Source of the DNA: Lepidodermella squamata | Lineage: Eukaryota; Animalia; Gastrotricha | Direction: 5' to 3' | NCBI GenBank assembly: GCA_047495785.1 | Contig: JBLDXI010000055.1 | Location: 1,364,001-1,428,000 of the forward strand | DNA: 64,000 nt | Shown: one piece after another, positions 60,941 through 64,000 of the stretch | How positions within the stretch are numbered: position 1 is the first letter of the stretch | How the letters are laid out: every line of letters starts with the position of its first letter | The notes under the pieces: generated by a model | What the model was told of the DNA's origin: nothing | What the model saw: the letters and a program-made list of their open reading frames with translations, nothing else | The model's database searches: none | Program-made: the position numbers and the translations under genes

Positions 60941-61161
60941 ATTGTTTGTGGAAGCAATAAGAAACGATGCAGTCATTTCTTCATAGCTGTTTAAATATGC
61001 AGTTGAAACCGCAAATTTACACTACAGTATAAATAAATCGTTGGAGTTAATGGAGCTTGTCGCAAATATTTGATTTCGAAAAAATCGGGACTTAATTAGT
61101 GTTCCAAAATTTTTCTTCCGGAAAATGACGAACTTCCTTATTAAATTCCCTATTAAATGCC

Positions 61162-61429
61162 TTATTGCGCAAATGCCGCAGCAGGTGGGAGTGCCTCTTG
61201 CACGAAAGTCTTCTGATTAAGAAGACGAAGCTTAAAATCAGCCTTAACGTGCAGACGGACTCGATCAAATTGAAGCTATTTTAGAATTCTTGTTATGTTT
61301 TTTCTTAATTGTTGTGATTGTTACTGTAATTCCTTTTCTTTTTTGTTTTAGAGTCTGATGATGGTACGAGCTAGTACCGAAACGTCACTTTCAAATAAAA
61401 CTGTCAACAGAATATCGCTCTCCTTTTTG
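61162..61429 (+). mobile_element. 5'-truncated Penelope-like retroelement (GIY-YIG C-terminus + 3' UTR)
   Basis: Translates LLRKCRSRWECLLHESLLIKKTKLKISLNVQTDSIKLKLF* (stop 61282-61284), matching the PLE endonuclease C-terminal pattern. Followed by a T-rich tract, hammerhead core and AATAAA; flanked by direct repeat TTCCTTATTAAAT. Confidence 0.85.
61350..61391 (+). ncRNA. Minimal type I hammerhead ribozyme (PLE-associated)
   Basis: AGAGT-CTGATGA-T-GGTAC-gagcta-GTACC-GAAA-CG-TC-ACTTT: conserved CUGAUGA/GAAA/UH core, 5-bp stem II, stem I AGAGU:ACUUU, palindromic minimal stem III (ACGU). Confidence 0.8.
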
Positions 61430-62679
61430 TTCCTTATTAAATAATTCTTTTTCCGCATAAATAGTTGCGTTTCTTTACATGCGAGGGAGGCTCACATTTT
61501 TTATATCTCAATAAATTTAGCGCGCAAGAAATTAGTCTAATTGAAAAATAAATGATAAAGAAACCAGCTGTCACGAGTCGTATCCACGCACATCGGGAGG
61601 AAGAGTAATTTGAACCTGAAATCGCAAATATAGCTCAAGAGGGGAAGCAGGTTGTTCGTGGGCAATGTCAAATGCATTCGAAAATCCAGGCTTTATCGCT
61701 GTCTACATCAATAGCTGTTCCGCGCTTATTCCTTGTCATTATCTCGAACTCGATGATAAAAACTGACTAATCTGTGCGCGCAAAATATCCTACAAATCCG
61801 CAGTCTCATCTGCGCCGTAAAAAAGGGCTCAGCATTTCGCGTTTTTTTCGAATCTAATGTCTTCGGCACAAGTGATTCATAACAAGCCCTGTAATAATCG
61901 AACCATCAATATTCGGCGTAAAAAAACATCCTACAAAAAAATAATCACATCCAGCATCCCACAATTTTCGGCGTTTATTCGGAAATATATAAGACTAGAC
62001 ACAATAATAATCGCTGGAAAGCCCTTTTCCAAAAATGGCAATTAATGCTCTTAAGCTCGAGACGTTCCGTTTTTTGGTCGGCGGAAATCCATACGTCCTT
62101 TGGCAAGAGGAGATCGTAAACAGCATGAGATGAATGATTGCTATGTTTTTCCAGTTGAAGTAAGTATATAACAGCGTCGATTTCGAACGGACACCATACA
62201 AGATTGTCCCAATCTGGTCGAGTCGCTGGAAATGCTGTGAGAATAGATTGGTTGTGGAAAGAATTGCAATAAAAAAATGAAAGCGCTTGCAAACTTTAAA
62301 AAATTTATAGCAAAGCCGAGATGAAAAATCAACATTTCAAAATCATCAACACTATATAAAATTATACTTCGATAAAATAATCCACCAGCGTCACAGGAAA
62401 TTGTTCCAGCTTATGTTGCTATCGCTTTTACGGCGAAGTTCACAGATAAGACATTATTCATAGTCTTCACACTCTTGTTGTTAACAGCGACAACTTTCAT
62501 GTCTCACAGCGGGAATGCGGTTGCCCAACTTTTATCAGCATTATACAAAATGCATAGCTGTTTTGAGAAACCACATCTCTGCTATAGCAAGAGAATTAAT
62601 TCTCGTGCTTCATCACTATTTTCTGAGAATTTTACGCTCGTGCGATTCATAAATCATTTTTTAACAATAAATTTCAGAA

Positions 62680-63819
62680 ATGCTCCATCGTTTGAACTTG
62701 AAACAAGCTTATGCCTTTCTTTTCCTTAACAGTAGAAGAATAACGTCAATGGCTGACTCCAGTAAATCCACTGGTACAAAGGCTATGCGGAGTGACTACA
62801 ACGACAATTCGCAGGTTCAAAATGCCATGGTGGGTATAGCGAAGCGTTTCATCGATTCAGGCATTCAAGCCCACGCCGTTAAGATGGCTGATGACCCGAA
62901 TTCTTCGATTACCATCGCCGATTTCGGCTCATCAACAGGTGCGAATAGTAGTGCAGCAATGTCGCTGATTATTGATGGGCTGCGGCGAAAATACGGACCG
63001 GACGCAACCAAATCGGTCACGGTAGTCCACAGTGATTTGGCGAGCAATGACTGGACTGTTACCTTCAATTATCTTCACACGAACCCACAGTCTTATATTA
63101 AAAACTTCCCTGGCACCTACGCGATGGCCTCTGGCGTGAGCTTCTGCCAGCAAATTATGGCGCCGAGATCTCTTCATTTTGGGTTCAGTAACTACGCGCT
63201 GCATTGGTTATCAAAAATACCGGCCAAACTGAAAAATCACGTTTTCTATCCGTTCGGCTCCGAGCAAGAACAAGAAGCATTTAGGAAGCAAGCAGCTGAA
63301 GATTGGAATAATTTCCTTTCGGCTCGGTCACTTGAACTCGTTCCAGGTGGAGTTTTAGTCCTTCATATTTTCAACATGAGGACGGCGAAACCGATCTCAA
63401 ACGACGGTGTTTATCTATCGGCTCTGAAACTAAAAGAACGTGGCTATATTACTGATGAAGAGCTGGAGAACTTTAACGTGCCGGTTTATTACCGCACTAA
63501 GCAGGAGGTCACTGATTTGGCTCAGATGGAGAAATTCGGCCTCGAAATTGTCACTTGCGAGCAACTTCCCCCGACGCCTAATCCCCATTTCGAGGCTTAC
63601 AAAGTGCACAACGATTTGGACGAGTATGCCAAGAAGTTTTCCGAATACCTAGCGGCGGTAACTGATCCTTTATTACATGCTGCACTATTACCTTCGCGGG
63701 ATAAAAAATGGGTTTCCGAAATGCTATGGAATGAATATCGAGCCCTGGTCAAAACGAGACCAGCTGAATTTGGCAGCACAAGCAGCCACATGTTTCTTGT
63801 AATTAGGAAAAAATATTGA
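62680..63819 (+). CDS. SABATH-family (Methyltransf_7) SAM-dependent carboxyl/N-methyltransferase, intronless
   Basis: Y..NS.VQ, IADFGSSTGANS, VVHSDLASNDW, SFCQQI, YALHWLS, QAAEDWNNFLSARSLELVPGG.LVL, PVYYRT..EV. Alternative start ATG at 62749. Confidence 0.88.
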   Translation: MLHRLNLKQAYAFLFLNSRRITSMADSSKSTGTKAMRSDYNDNSQVQNAMVGIAKRFIDSGIQAHAVKMADDPNSSITIADFGSSTGANSSAAMSLIIDGLRRKYGPDATKSVTVVHSDLASNDWTVTFNYLHTNPQSYIKNFPGTYAMASGVSFCQQIMAPRSLHFGFSNYALHWLSKIPAKLKNHVFYPFGSEQEQEAFRKQAAEDWNNFLSARSLELVPGGVLVLHIFNMRTAKPISNDGVYLSALKLKERGYITDEELENFNVPVYYRTKQEVTDLAQMEKFGLEIVTCEQLPPTPNPHFEAYKVHNDLDEYAKKFSEYLAAVTDPLLHAALLPSRDKKWVSEMLWNEYRALVKTRPAEFGSTSSHMFLVIRKKY

Positions 63820-63981
63820 CTAAATAATGTTGACTTTCAATAAACTTAATAAGCTCATAAATTAGTTATTGTTGGCCAGAAAAATCTGCGAAACCTACCA
63901 GTCTATTTTTTCAGCTTCGAATTAAATGATGAGCAATAAACGGCGTATTATCCAGGCGAATCCTCATTTTTTGTCTTGCAG

Positions 63982-64000
63982 ATGAAGGTGTCAGCAGAAG
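63982..64000 (+). other. Possible start or exon of the next gene (truncated by window end)
   Basis: Strong acceptor TTTTTTGTCTTGCAG directly followed by ATG AAG GTG TCA GCA GAA. Confidence 0.3.

Noticed and set aside
1-64000. Prokaryotic systems (CRISPR arrays, defence islands, rRNA)
   Set aside because: The window is intron-containing animal DNA; no repeat-spacer arrays or rRNA-like sequence seen

Overview
Eukaryotic DNA from a compact-genome invertebrate animal (GT-AG introns mostly ~45-60 nt with T-rich acceptors, no obvious CpG depletion). The species cannot be identified from the sequence. Gene order: BLOC1S2, ABCA2-like transporter #1, ACTR6 (Arp6), PGAP1, a secreted orphan coiled-coil gene (minus strand), two nested hAT-type MITEs, three more tandem ABCA2-like transporters (#2-#4), an acetylcholinesterase, two secreted histidine acid phosphatase paralogs with degenerate catalytic motifs and very basic tails, a peptide-type class A GPCR (minus), a small orphan secreted protein (minus), a 3' fragment of a Penelope-like retroelement carrying a minimal hammerhead ribozyme, and an intronless SABATH-family carboxyl methyltransferase that may be horizontally acquired. 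Highlights: (i) a four-copy ABCA2 expansion with shrinking extracellular domains, a recent ~660-bp gene-conversion tract, intron turnover and micro-exons; (ii) operon-like spacing with unpaired splice acceptors, suggesting SL trans-splicing; (iii) the ribozyme-bearing PLE fragment; (iv) pseudo-phosphatases; (v) an AChE with Ser at Torpedo position 119, a large loop insertion and a possible transmembrane C-terminus. Exon boundaries were read by eye, and family calls come from recognised motifs, not database searches.
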